42,671 bases of DNA, taken from an uncultured candidate division WWE3 bacterium (GTDB taxonomy: Bacteria; Patescibacteriota; WWE3; UBA101185; UBA10185). Location: positions 1 through 42,671 of the forward strand of contig CBFDCV010000002.1 of the NCBI GenBank assembly GCA_965603395.1, written 5' to 3'. Both the position numbers and the translations under genes were made by a program. Positions 33,762 through 42,283 of this stretch are shown in pieces (positions within the stretch are counted from its first letter, which is position 1; each line of letters opens with the position of its first letter). Below the pieces are notes generated by a model. It saw only the letters and a program-made list of their open reading frames with translations. It made no database searches and was not told the origin of the DNA.

Positions 33762-33962
33762 ATGTGTTTAGCAATACCGGGAAAAATTAAAGCTATAAAG
33801 GGCCGAAAGGCGGTTATAGAATACCCGGGACAGGTGCGGGAAGCCTTCATAGGCGAAGAGGGCGTACAGGTTAACGACTATGTTTTGGTACAAATGGGCG
33901 TGGTGACAAAAAAAATGACAGTGAAGGAAGCCAAGACAGCTATGAAAGCTTGGGAAAAATAA
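33762..33962 (+). CDS. hypC: hydrogenase assembly chaperone HypC/HupF family
   Basis: MCLAIPGKI N-terminus with the essential Cys2, and YVLVQMGVV. 66 aa. Confidence 0.85.
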   Translation: MCLAIPGKIKAIKGRKAVIEYPGQVREAFIGEEGVQVNDYVLVQMGVVTKKMTVKEAKTAMKAWEK

Positions 33963-34010
33963 TGTTGTGGAAACATATTAAATAATATTATAAAATTTAT
34001 TTTGATAAAT

Positions 34011-34016
34011 TAGAAT
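34011..34016 (+). promoter_or_regulatory. -10 box placed for a leaderless transcript of 34023..34799
   Basis: TAGAAT is followed by 6 nt (TATATT) and then ATG 34023. There is no SD. Confidence 0.35.
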
Positions 34017-34022
34017 TATATT

Positions 34023-34799
34023 ATGCACTCATTATTCGTTGGAAGATGGCAGCCCATACATAAGGGCCACAAAACATTAATAGAAAAAGTATTAGACGAA
34101 GGAAAACCCGTTTTAATAGCCATTAGAGAGACTGAAGTATCAGAGCAAGATCCCTATACGGTAGAAGAAAGAGAGGTAATGATAAGAAAGGAGTTTGCTG
34201 AGTACGGTGATCGGGTGAAAATTGTGGCAATTCCCGATATTGCAGAGATTTGTTATGGGAGAAAAGTGGGATATAAAATTAGAGAACTCACGCTTGAGGA
34301 TTCGGTAGAAGACATATCTGCTACAAAAATTAGAGACTCTCAAAAAAGAGTAGTATGGTTTACCGGTAATGTTGGTTCAGGAAAGTCTGAGCTAGCGCAC
34401 TTATTAAAAGAAAGATTAAACGGCATTATATTAGAGGGAAACGCCATGAGGGAATCAATATCTCTTGGCGCCAGTTTTAGTAAAGAAGATAGGGAAGAGC
34501 ACAATCTGCGTGTAGCAAGATTGGCTAAGGTTCTTAATAATCAAGGACACAACGTTGTAGTTTCTGTGATCGCTCCTTTTCAAGACGCTAGGGAAAAGAT
34601 TACTCAGATCTGTAATCCATACTGGATTTACGTAAGTGGAGGAGAAGTAGGTGAGGATAAACCTTATGAACCGCCAGAGAGCCCAGATGTGGTTATAGAG
34701 CCATCAGAAGAGTCATTGTTGGAAAGTATGGATAAAATTATCAAAGAGGTTGGAAATCTGGAAAAGGAAAAACCCAAGGAAGAAGAGCAGAATGAATGA
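34023..34799 (+). CDS. fusion: minimal HxGH nucleotidyltransferase domain + adenylylsulfate (APS) kinase domain
   Basis: The N-terminal ~108 aa carry FVGRWQPIHKGH (GRFQPxHxGH type) and ISATKIR (ISxTxxR). The APS-kinase-like part follows: VVWFTGNVGSGKSELA (P-loop), LEGNAMRE and FSKEDREEHNLRVARLAKVL. The tail is acidic. Confidence 0.7.
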   Translation: MHSLFVGRWQPIHKGHKTLIEKVLDEGKPVLIAIRETEVSEQDPYTVEEREVMIRKEFAEYGDRVKIVAIPDIAEICYGRKVGYKIRELTLEDSVEDISATKIRDSQKRVVWFTGNVGSGKSELAHLLKERLNGIILEGNAMRESISLGASFSKEDREEHNLRVARLAKVLNNQGHNVVVSVIAPFQDAREKITQICNPYWIYVSGGEVGEDKPYEPPESPDVVIEPSEESLLESMDKIIKEVGNLEKEKPKEEEQNE

Positions 34800-35610
34800 A
34801 CAGGCAGGAATCATTGGCTATGGTGTGTTGGGCAAAGCCTACGCAAAAGCGTTAGACATTAAATTATACATTGATCTTGAAGACAGTAACGTAACTTTAG
34901 AAGAAATGTGTGACAAAGCCAAGTGGATATTACTTTGCGTACCGACGCCTCCTACAAAAGAAGGAGACTGCGACACAAGCATAGTTGAAGATTGGGTGAA
35001 AAATATTTCCCAAAAAGATAAAAACAATATTGTAGTAATCAGATCCACTGTCATTCCGGGGACGGCGGTTAAGCTGATGAAAAAGTACAATGTGGATATA
35101 GTTTCTGCTCCTGAATTTCTCACGGAATCTACAGCCGAAGAGGACGCGTTAGACCCGGATTTAGAAGTGCTTGGTGCCAGTGAGGAAAAATTAGCCAGGG
35201 ATTTTTATGAATTTCAAAAAAATGTGAGGAAAAAAGATACGTACAAACCCCACTTGGTTGTAACAGATAACACCACCGCAGAATTTATAAAATATTCGAT
35301 TAATAGTTTTTATGCTACTAAGGTCACTTTTGCTAACCAGGTTTATGACGCCGCTGTTGAGCATGGTGCAGACTACGACATGGTTATGGATGCCATGTAT
35401 CACAGAAAATGGATTGGAGATAACCACCTTAAGGTTTTTCATAAAGGAAAAAGAGGATACGCGGGCAAATGTTTACCAAAAGATACTGTTGCCTTTACCA
35501 GGTTTACAAGGTCTCCACTGCTTGAATTGGTTAACAAGCTTAATAAGAAAATTGTAGCCAAAGATGACGATGAGAGGTGGTTTGGAGTTCTAAACGGGGA
35601 AAAACCCTAG
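34792..35610 (+). CDS. UDP-glucose/GDP-mannose dehydrogenase-family protein lacking the C-terminal domain
   Basis: ATG 34792 overlaps the upstream stop (ATGAATGA). Rossmann motif GIIGYGVLGKAY, then LLCVPTP, TAEFIKYSINSFYATKVTFANQ and the catalytic-Cys motif GYAGKCLPKD. It is only ~272 aa, against ~390-450 aa for the family as I recall it. Confidence 0.65.
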   Translation: MNEQAGIIGYGVLGKAYAKALDIKLYIDLEDSNVTLEEMCDKAKWILLCVPTPPTKEGDCDTSIVEDWVKNISQKDKNNIVVIRSTVIPGTAVKLMKKYNVDIVSAPEFLTESTAEEDALDPDLEVLGASEEKLARDFYEFQKNVRKKDTYKPHLVVTDNTTAEFIKYSINSFYATKVTFANQVYDAAVEHGADYDMVMDAMYHRKWIGDNHLKVFHKGKRGYAGKCLPKDTVAFTRFTRSPLLELVNKLNKKIVAKDDDERWFGVLNGEKP

Positions 35611-35617
35611 AAAACTG

Positions 35618-37732
35618 TTAAAAACCTCCAAAGTAATAGTCTCTTGATCTTTCATAATAAGCGTTAGGTAGTAACATGCAGTTTAATGTGTCTGGAAGGG
35701 GTATTTCAGTGATATTAGCTACCCTTAAAAACTCATAATTGTGATATCCGCACCCCGGGGAGTTGTTGAAGTGGTAGTAATTAAGCTTAATCTTTTCTTG
35801 GTTTTTAGGAAGGTACCTCTCTGAAATAGGTACGTTTGAGAGGAAATACACATTTTGGAAGTTCTCAGCCATCTCCATAACTGTTGTATCAAGTAACTCT
35901 TCCTCAGACCTTAACATAAGAATATTTTTACCATAATAATATTTCATAGGACCTGCCACATAATCATTAAAGTTTTTCGCATACTTACTTGGGTAAATGT
36001 TTTTGTTAACAAAAAGAATTATTGAGTCGCTTCCGATTTTTTTATCAATGTTTTTAAAGAAGTTAACGTCAACTCCTTCATATTTTCCTATTTGAAAAAT
36101 AGAAAAGGTTAAGAAGTACAGACTTGTGAGTATTAAGAATATGTAGCCTAGAACTCTAGTTCTTTTCTTTTGAATGATTTCACCAAGGAAAATTCCCACC
36201 GTTAATAATATGGCAGGAACTACCTCCACAAAGAAATATCGGGCGTTGTAGTAGTCATATCTAACAAAGCCGGTTTTATAGACGTAAATAACCAAAAAGT
36301 AAGTACTAATGAAGGCAAGAAAGTGGTATACGCTAACTTTCTTTCTAAAAATATTTAATAGTGCTACCGAAACAAAGATAATGAATCCTACAACACTAAC
36401 GTAGTTTATTATTGAGACCAACGTGGCATGCTTAATAGTATCAAATCCCCTATAAAGCATATTCCAACGTACCAGCGCTGTGTTTGATCCGGAAAAGAGG
36501 ATGTCGAAGTCTTTTACGGTAGCGCGGTAAATGATATAGAAAAAAGCAGAAGATAGTAGTATATACGACTGTTTAAGGGTTTTAGAAAATAGGCTGTAAA
36601 TTTTCTGATTGGAAAATACAATAAATATTAAAACTAACAAAATAAGAAAAACGAGTATCTTTAAGTTTGTTTCCAAGTTAAGAGGAATAATTTTATCTAA
36701 AGCAAAACCAATTGTTTTTGGATAAAGCCCGTTATATAAGGGAAACATAAACAAACGGTAGTAGATGTAGGTGGCGCTAAGTATCAAGATATTTGCCAAA
36801 GAATATAAAATTAACGCTATCTTGTTACTATTGTAATAATTGAGTAAAACTATCAGTAGTAAAACTGGAAAGTAGATAAAAAACGTCATTCTAGTGAATG
36901 AAAAAACAAAAAATGACATAAGAGAAAAGATTAAAAACAGACAGTCTTTGTAACCGTTGTTTTTGCAGTTCAAATATCTGAGAAGAAAATATAGACCGGA
37001 TGAGGAAAACGCTAAAGCGGAGATTTCTCCTACAGGGAACTTAGAGAAAAATAAATGTAAAGGATTAATGGAAAACAGCAACATTACTATTAGGGACGTA
37101 CGCTTGTTTTTTGTTAAATGATATGTGATGAGGTAAGAATTAATTAAAGTTATGGCAGAAAATAGGGTTAATAGGAACACTCTATTATTTGAACCTAGTA
37201 AAAAAGAAGAGACGCTTAAATAAGAAGGGTAGGCAGGGTAAAACCTCATTGTATATTCCGAGTTTGGTCTATTCCACTTTTCGAAACTGGGCATTATGTA
37301 GTTACCGTCACGGTCATATAGTTCTTTTTGACCGTCTGTTAGTGTTTCCCTGAACTCATCGACCATGTACAGTTTATTATCCAGTTCATATTGCTTTGAA
37401 ATACTTATGTAAGTGCCTTGGTCCTGGCCACCTAGTAGATACAAGGTGGGCGGTAGTCTAATCAATACAGCCGCTAGAAGTAATACTACTGCACTGACGG
37501 TAAATCTTTTATCCCTAGAAACAGCGCCCAAGTATTTTTTAAAAAGAATTATAAAGATAGAAAACAATAATAAACTGAGAGTGATGGAATAAACTGGTTC
37601 GAAACTTTTTAAGGCCAGCAAAATAATATTAACAATTCCCACGGTTGAAATAACTACTAACAGCAAATCATAGAAATACAGGCCTATTTTATTATTGTTG
37701 TTTTTCTTATCCATCGGTTTTTTTGTGGGCAA
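35618..37732 (-). CDS. very large polytopic membrane protein (possible GT-C glycosyltransferase or polymerase)
   Basis: 704 aa with 15 or more hydrophobic helices. The first loop reads LGGQDQGTYISISKQ. The C-terminal domain is soluble. The start is TTG 37732 or ATG 37714. The gene is very AT-rich. Confidence 0.6.
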   Translation of the reverse strand: MPTKKPMDKKNNNNKIGLYFYDLLLVVISTVGIVNIILLALKSFEPVYSITLSLLLFSIFIILFKKYLGAVSRDKRFTVSAVVLLLAAVLIRLPPTLYLLGGQDQGTYISISKQYELDNKLYMVDEFRETLTDGQKELYDRDGNYIMPSFEKWNRPNSEYTMRFYPAYPSYLSVSSFLLGSNNRVFLLTLFSAITLINSYLITYHLTKNKRTSLIVMLLFSINPLHLFFSKFPVGEISALAFSSSGLYFLLRYLNCKNNGYKDCLFLIFSLMSFFVFSFTRMTFFIYFPVLLLIVLLNYYNSNKIALILYSLANILILSATYIYYRLFMFPLYNGLYPKTIGFALDKIIPLNLETNLKILVFLILLVLIFIVFSNQKIYSLFSKTLKQSYILLSSAFFYIIYRATVKDFDILFSGSNTALVRWNMLYRGFDTIKHATLVSIINYVSVVGFIIFVSVALLNIFRKKVSVYHFLAFISTYFLVIYVYKTGFVRYDYYNARYFFVEVVPAILLTVGIFLGEIIQKKRTRVLGYIFLILTSLYFLTFSIFQIGKYEGVDVNFFKNIDKKIGSDSIILFVNKNIYPSKYAKNFNDYVAGPMKYYYGKNILMLRSEEELLDTTVMEMAENFQNVYFLSNVPISERYLPKNQEKIKLNYYHFNNSPGCGYHNYEFLRVANITEIPLPDTLNCMLLPNAYYERSRDYYFGGF

Positions 37733-37751
37733 TTACAGTTTACTAAATAAA

Positions 37752-39038
37752 TTAAACTATTATTAAAAACTCTCTTTTAATAGCAGTATTCAATATTATC
37801 GAAAATATAATATTAGAAAGAGCGGTGGCTAGAGCAGCTCCAAGTAAACCAAATCTTGGGATAAACAGCAGATTTAATAACACATTAGTCACCAAACTGA
37901 AAAGTCTTATTCCAGCCTGTTTTCCCGGCTTTCCTATCATAGGAAGGAAACCGCCTTTCCAGATCACAGAAGAGGTAAAGATCACACCTACTAGAAGAGC
38001 ATAGAAAACGGGAATGCTTTCATCGTATACATCTCCCTTCATGAAAAACTTAACAAAAAACGGGTAAATTAGACCAGCTCCCAATGCGCTAAGGGCAGTA
38101 ATAAGGTACGCTCCTTTTCTGAGGGTTTTAAAATGCCTCAGCAGCGCTTTCTTATCTTTTGACCATAGGTTTGAGATTATAGGATTAAAATTCAAAGCGA
38201 TGATAGACGGAATCATAATTATGCCGCTAGTTACCGTAAAGGCAAAGGTATAAATACCTGTACTTACGCTGGCTAGTAAATATCCCACAAGCAGAACAGA
38301 CGCCCTGCTGTCCAACGCATTAATAGACTGAATGAGGGAAGCTTTGAATCCAAACCAACCATGTTTTTTAAGCCAGGCGTAGTTAAGCTTTTTTATCCAA
38401 ATCTGACCTTTATTTAGAAGCAGTAGTGTGATAAGTAGCAAGCTCTCAGTAAATAGAAATGCAAACAATGTGAGCTCCACATTTTTTCTTTGAAATATTA
38501 CATAAAGCACAAAACAAAAAATTAATATCCATCTGGATGCTCTAAGGATTGCATACTCCTTCATTTTCCTCTGACCGTTCAAGAGACCCATAAGTACCTC
38601 ATTGATAGAAAAAACGGGTAAAGCAATGATCACATAGTATAGAGACACCACATTAATGTTAGGGGAGTTTATAAACCGGCTAGTTAAGAACAAAAATAAG
38701 GTTGTGAGTATCATGGATGTTGTTAAAACAAGCACTAAAGCAGAGAAGACTAGTGTTCTGGACTCTTCTTTCCGGTCTCTATATTCAGCTAAGTGTTTTA
38801 TTATTGAGCTTTTTAGTCCAAATATTGTTAAAGCGGAAAGGACAGTGTAAACGGCGAATGCATAATTAAAAACCCCCCAACCCCCCGCCCCCAAGTGGTT
38901 TACCACGAATATAATAAAAAAATTCAAAAATAAAATAAAAAATACAAAGGATGAGATGTTCCAAATAAGGTCCACTACAAATTTATTTTTTAACATATTT
39001 GGAAAATTATTTAACTGCTTTTTTATAGCAAAATACAT
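37752..39038 (-). CDS. Wzx-like polysaccharide flippase (MOP superfamily) candidate
   Basis: 428 aa with about 12 TM helices and short loops throughout. It sits in a glycan cluster, with a 1-nt gap to the upstream gene. Confidence 0.55.
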   Translation of the reverse strand: MYFAIKKQLNNFPNMLKNKFVVDLIWNISSFVFFILFLNFFIIFVVNHLGAGGWGVFNYAFAVYTVLSALTIFGLKSSIIKHLAEYRDRKEESRTLVFSALVLVLTTSMILTTLFLFLTSRFINSPNINVVSLYYVIIALPVFSINEVLMGLLNGQRKMKEYAILRASRWILIFCFVLYVIFQRKNVELTLFAFLFTESLLLITLLLLNKGQIWIKKLNYAWLKKHGWFGFKASLIQSINALDSRASVLLVGYLLASVSTGIYTFAFTVTSGIIMIPSIIALNFNPIISNLWSKDKKALLRHFKTLRKGAYLITALSALGAGLIYPFFVKFFMKGDVYDESIPVFYALLVGVIFTSSVIWKGGFLPMIGKPGKQAGIRLFSLVTNVLLNLLFIPRFGLLGAALATALSNIIFSIILNTAIKREFLIIV

Positions 39039-39039
39039 A

Positions 39040-40920
39040 TCATTTTAGTTTGTACAGCTCAAAATCGTGTTTGTCTCCGTCCCTTTTTTGTACATGTATT
39101 GCATTATTTTTTAAATAATCATAAAAGGATAACTGGTCCCACCACCCTACCACCGGCCTTTCCAGTAAAACGTAATTAATACCAAGATCTTCAAACGCTT
39201 TTCTAGTTTCCTCATGGTTAGTGGCGTGAGTAATAGGCCAGGATCTGCTGTCATATACAAATAATGATTCTTGCTCAATGTAGTAGTCAGAACCGAGATT
39301 GTCGATAAGCACTTTTGCATCTCCGTGCGTTTTCCAGTAAGAGAATACAGAGTACCTTTTAGTTTTCATGTAGTCAGGAAATGCTTTAGTTAAAAAGCTG
39401 TAAATTAAATAAAAAGAGGCTATATAACTTATGACAAAGGTGCCCATTAGGAGTAGGACTTTGCCATATTTGTTTTTATCGAAAATAACACTCAGAAAGC
39501 TAACTATTAAAATAGACGAGAATAACATCCAGTGAGCTTTGTATCTGTTATTAAGTAGGAACATTTCAGAAAGTTTGACCTGACCAAAATCAAAAATACC
39601 GGTATAGGGAAGCAGTAGAACAACGATAGTAAATGAAAGGAACACTACCTCAACAGGAAATTTTTTCTTTTCTTTGAAGTTTTTTAAGATTGTAAAAATA
39701 GCTGTAGGAAATACTAGCAGCCCAAGGAAGTTATCAAGAGATAGCAACTTGACGATCTTTTCTGAGGAAGTTAGTCCCACTCTTTCCACATATCTTTGAC
39801 CGTTCAAGAAAGAGTCCCACAAGGGAGTATTGATGTAGGAGTAGTAGTAAAAACCATTACCCATCAATCTTCCCGTATCTATAAACGACTTTATGTAATG
39901 AGTTCCTCCAATAATAAATCCCAGTCCGGAGGATACAAGTATGCTTAGTATGTATTTGTGATCTTTCTTAAAATAAATTGCTAGTACAGTCCAGGAAAAA
40001 ATTATAAGAAATAACAAAACAATATTTATGGTATGTGCCCATACGCCAATAATCACTATAAGAGCCAGAAAACCTCCATCTGTCTTAGAAATCTTGTCCT
40101 TTTTTAAAAAAGACCCCAATAATGTTGAGAATAGGAGTAGGGTAATAATTCTGAAGGGATCTCTGGAAATGGAGTTTACAAAATAGGTCGTTATGTTATA
40201 TACAGGATCCAGGAGGAACAACAACATGAAAGGTACTAGGTAAAGTCCGCGTGCTTTTTTAATGTTATGCATTAGGGCAATGACGGCTGCAAAAAGGAAA
40301 AAAATCATTAATCTGGAGCCAAGAATGGCCACGGAATCGTTAGGGTGGCCAAATGGGAGCTCACTAGTGGCAAAAAGGCCGTAGGAAATGTAACCTGAGT
40401 AAAGAAAACTATGCGGGTGTCCGGGTTCGAATCTATCGATATCTTGGGAAAATGAAGGAATTTTCCGCTCAGTAACAAAGTGCAAAGCCTCATTAGCATA
40501 AACTCCAGCATCATGGGGGGTTAAAATAGGATATTCAAAGGCGAACCTAATTGAAATAGCCAGTATTATAATGACAAATTCTAAAGTAGGTATGAGAATA
40601 AGTTTTTGGTAAATTGAGGATTTATTCCAAAGCTCTGAAATATTTTTTACCAACTCACGCAATATACGGACTCCCCGCACTGAGAGATAGCTTATGATAA
40701 ATATCCCGGGGATTACAAAAAACCAACCCTGATGTGCTTTTTTAAACGTTAGGCCAAAAACAGTAGTAAAAGTTGCAATAGCAAAGGGAGTAAGAGAAAC
40801 ACCAAGAAAAAATCTGGATATTGGAGTAAGAGCTTCGTTTTTATAATACTTAAATACCAAAAGTCCCAAGATTAGGGATGTGCCTATTATGTTAAATATA
40901 TAAAGGGCTTCTACAAACAT
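39040..40920 (-). CDS. large polytopic membrane protein (GT-C-like candidate)
   Basis: 626 aa with about 13 TM helices. The first loop reads LTPHDAGVYANEALH. There is a soluble C-terminal ~100 aa. A 1-nt gap separates it from each neighbour. Confidence 0.55.
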   Translation of the reverse strand: MFVEALYIFNIIGTSLILGLLVFKYYKNEALTPISRFFLGVSLTPFAIATFTTVFGLTFKKAHQGWFFVIPGIFIISYLSVRGVRILRELVKNISELWNKSSIYQKLILIPTLEFVIIILAISIRFAFEYPILTPHDAGVYANEALHFVTERKIPSFSQDIDRFEPGHPHSFLYSGYISYGLFATSELPFGHPNDSVAILGSRLMIFFLFAAVIALMHNIKKARGLYLVPFMLLFLLDPVYNITTYFVNSISRDPFRIITLLLFSTLLGSFLKKDKISKTDGGFLALIVIIGVWAHTINIVLLFLIIFSWTVLAIYFKKDHKYILSILVSSGLGFIIGGTHYIKSFIDTGRLMGNGFYYYSYINTPLWDSFLNGQRYVERVGLTSSEKIVKLLSLDNFLGLLVFPTAIFTILKNFKEKKKFPVEVVFLSFTIVVLLLPYTGIFDFGQVKLSEMFLLNNRYKAHWMLFSSILIVSFLSVIFDKNKYGKVLLLMGTFVISYIASFYLIYSFLTKAFPDYMKTKRYSVFSYWKTHGDAKVLIDNLGSDYYIEQESLFVYDSRSWPITHATNHEETRKAFEDLGINYVLLERPVVGWWDQLSFYDYLKNNAIHVQKRDGDKHDFELYKLK

Positions 40921-40921
40921 A

Positions 40922-42283
40922 TTATTTATTTGTTATTATCTTTCTTAACCTCTCAACAATTATACTAGGAACCAAAGTTATAAATAGGTATTCGAAAATT
41001 TGAATAGGAATGTAAAAAAACTCAATAACTTTATTTTTTGGTAAATAAATTTTTAGCAAATCTACAAAAGCATGCTTATAATGTCTGAATTTCAGGTTTT
41101 TTTGAACTTCAGGATAATAAGTAATATTAGGGTTTTTTCCGCCTAACAACTTATTAACCTTAAGATATGCTAGGGAGTGTCTTCTATTATCAAGAGTGTA
41201 GCCTTGTGTTTTAACTAGGGAATCTCTGGTTAAGTTTTCGGATATAATCTTTTTCCGTTGCTCAAGCTCACCAAGTATACTTTCCCCCAACATTGTTCGG
41301 GATATTACAGCTGAGAATCCTGATGGCCTTTTTTCTTTGTATTTTTTTAAATGAGGATCTCCCAAGGCGATATCAGCAAAATCGTTAATTTGATCTGGAC
41401 AGAGTCTGCATCTTTTGAGCATCCAATATCCCTGGAAGGCTGTCATATACTTTAAAATTTTAAATCGTGAGTTTCCATGGATTCTTGATACTATTTTTTC
41501 ACCACCCGAGCTTGTTTTCACCATAATATTTCCCGGCCACGGACCTTCCCTATACTTGATTTGCTGTACCTCTTTCCAATTGATTTCGTACCCATTTAAA
41601 TAGTATTCAACGCCCTTAAACGTATTTACACCGCCACAAAAAAGACCAATACTAATATAGTGCTTATCGGCAACATCCCTATTTTTGGTTTTATACATTT
41701 CCAAACCTTCTATTTGACAGGGAAGACCAACAAAGGCAAATTTTCCTTTTTCTTTAAATAGATCTTTAAGATTTGCTCCAAAATTTGTAGGGTGGTATAC
41801 AGAGCCGTGAAGTTTTGATATTTCGGAAACGCTTCTGATAATAATTCCTTTTGCATCATACGGATCTTTTCCGGGATGTAATACATAGGCGCATGATATC
41901 TTGTTTGTTTCGAATAAGTGTTTGAGTATTTCGGGGATTAGACCACCGGAAGCTGCTTTTTTCCTTAATTCTTTGTCTGTGCTGTGGCTGACCCTTAGTT
42001 TTTTATAAACTCCAAGTACATAATCTTTAGGTAGCTTACCGTGTACTTGTTTAGACAAGCTGACCATATTAACTTTGTCGCAAGGGCAGATAAAGTCTCC
42101 TGCATCTCCATTTTGGTTCCAATTTTTTACCTCTGGCGTAAAAAAATCTTTCTTAGAATTGTATTTCATGGTCATGGATGTTTTCTCATCGGTTGTTTTA
42201 TTGTAAGTTGCAGCGCAAAAGCCGCATCCTACACAATTATCATCCTGCACGATTTTTTCTATTGGGTGTTTTTTCTTACTCAT
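40922..42283 (-). CDS. FrhB/FdhB-family (coenzyme F420 hydrogenase beta-like) Fe-S flavoprotein
   Basis: CVGCGFCAATY is an Fe-S motif, and FVGLPCQIEGL is the family motif. I chose ATG 42283 (MSKKKHPIEK) because GGAAGGAG lies 6 nt upstream of it. The track start at 42319 would overlap the upstream gene by 44 nt. Confidence 0.7.
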   Translation of the reverse strand: MSKKKHPIEKIVQDDNCVGCGFCAATYNKTTDEKTSMTMKYNSKKDFFTPEVKNWNQNGDAGDFICPCDKVNMVSLSKQVHGKLPKDYVLGVYKKLRVSHSTDKELRKKAASGGLIPEILKHLFETNKISCAYVLHPGKDPYDAKGIIIRSVSEISKLHGSVYHPTNFGANLKDLFKEKGKFAFVGLPCQIEGLEMYKTKNRDVADKHYISIGLFCGGVNTFKGVEYYLNGYEINWKEVQQIKYREGPWPGNIMVKTSSGGEKIVSRIHGNSRFKILKYMTAFQGYWMLKRCRLCPDQINDFADIALGDPHLKKYKEKRPSGFSAVISRTMLGESILGELEQRKKIISENLTRDSLVKTQGYTLDNRRHSLAYLKVNKLLGGKNPNITYYPEVQKNLKFRHYKHAFVDLLKIYLPKNKVIEFFYIPIQIFEYLFITLVPSIIVERLRKIITNK

